A stretch of 25,307 bases of DNA from a virus (Duplodnaviria > Caudoviricetes): positions 1 through 25,307 of IMG/VR virus record IMGVR_UViG_3300020045_002937. One strand, 5' to 3'. A program made the position numbers and the translations under genes. Every line of letters starts with the position of its first letter. Position 1 is the first letter of the stretch. Positions 24,597 to 25,307 of this stretch are shown here, in pieces. The notes under the pieces are model-generated. The model was not told where the DNA came from, made no database searches, and saw nothing but the letters and a program-made list of their open reading frames with translations.

Positions 24597-25012
24597 GGTT
24601 TATTCCTTATCCATTTACAGTCATCTTTTTGCAGTTCAAAGATAACGGCGTCTTGCCTGTTCCGGCTTCCACCTTTTACCCGATAGACTTCCTTGAATCC
24701 GATGTGTGCGGTAAATCGCACCGAATCCGTGTTATTACTATCAACGATGTTCAACACCGCGTTACATTTCAACTGACGGAATACGTAGTCAAAGACGACA
24801 AACAGAAACTCTTTAGTCAGCCACTTTCTTCCAATACCGGCACAGTGAATCGAACACCGGGCTTCGTGTATGTAGTTGTCGATAACTACACCACCGACCA
24901 ACGACCCATCCTTTACCAACCCAAAGGCTTCATAGAGATGCCACGGTTCAGGGTTTCCAATCTGCTGACCAACCCAGTCGCCAATAACTTCCTTGGGGCG
25001 GCAGATAATCAC
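24593..25012 (-). CDS. GNAT-fold protein (P22 gp14-like position)
   Basis: F.Y.F.QL.C..V...V...N..S.RF..HIGF pattern of RimJ/L-like GNAT. Confidence 0.75.
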   Translation of the reverse strand: MIICRPKEVIGDWVGQQIGNPEPWHLYEAFGLVKDGSLVGGVVIDNYIHEARCSIHCAGIGRKWLTKEFLFVVFDYVFRQLKCNAVLNIVDSNNTDSVRFTAHIGFKEVYRVKGGSRNRQDAVIFELQKDDCKWIRNKP

Positions 25013-25013
25013 C

Positions 25014-25275
25014 TAAAATACCCCGCCTTTCTCCATCACGTAATCAGTCGATACCCACCGCGTATCAATGCCCTGAGTCGCTACCCGAAGCGTCAAGGAC
25101 GCCGCCATGCCGATACCCGACAGACCCTGCCAGTTCTTTTGAACCGATAGCGCCCCGCCCCACACGGATGTATCCCATACCGCCGTGTCCCACTGACCAT
25201 AAGGCGACTGAGTGAAGGACAGTGGAACGGACGAAGTAGAATCCTGAAAGTCGATATTCAGGGTCGCAGAGACTG
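25014..25275 (-). CDS. C-terminal fragment of tail tube/stabilisation protein (P22 gp10-like)
   Basis: ...SVSATLNIDFQDS...GQWDTAVWDTSVWGG...WQG..GIG...RWVSTDYVMEKGGVF*; 5' part lost at a fold-back junction. Confidence 0.65.
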
Positions 25276-25307
25276 AAGGCGGGGTATTTTAGGTGATTAT
25301 CTGCCGC
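25276..25307 (-). repeat. Terminal 32-bp exact inverted copy of 24998-25029
   Basis: Reverse complement of the last 32 nt is gcggcagataatcacctaaaataccccgcctt, identical to 24998-25029. Confidence 0.97.

Overview
The whole window is part of a temperate, P22/lambdoid-type short-tailed phage genome, probably of a proteobacterial host (inference from gene families). Left arm (minus strand): a 5'-truncated Q-like antiterminator, a late promoter with an immediate terminator, a ~500-nt densely structured non-coding leader with tRNA-like modules, terS, terL, portal and beta-rich structural genes. Middle (plus strand, ~7620-15220): ninB, a pentapeptide-like repeat protein, a coiled-coil protein, bet/exo, a run of small accessory genes, a DUF4224 excisionase-like gene and an integrase lacking its catalytic domain, then att-arm-like DNA. 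Right arm (minus strand): tail tube C-terminus, GNAT/gp14-like gene, ejection proteins, an antisense membrane moron, tail fibre, holin, endolysin, HExxH peptidase, metallophosphoesterase, Rz/Rz1 and a stand-alone ADP-ribosyltransferase-like gene. No repressor, cro or replication genes lie where the two operons diverge. Two fold-back inverted duplications (7490-7620/8092-8222 and 24998-25029/25276-25307) suggest amplification or assembly chimeras, so the apparent deletions need read-level checking. The best candidates for new biology are the structured RNA leader, the ART-like gene, the sieA-position moron and the alternating gene-boundary repeats. All family calls come from motif recognition by eye, not database searches.
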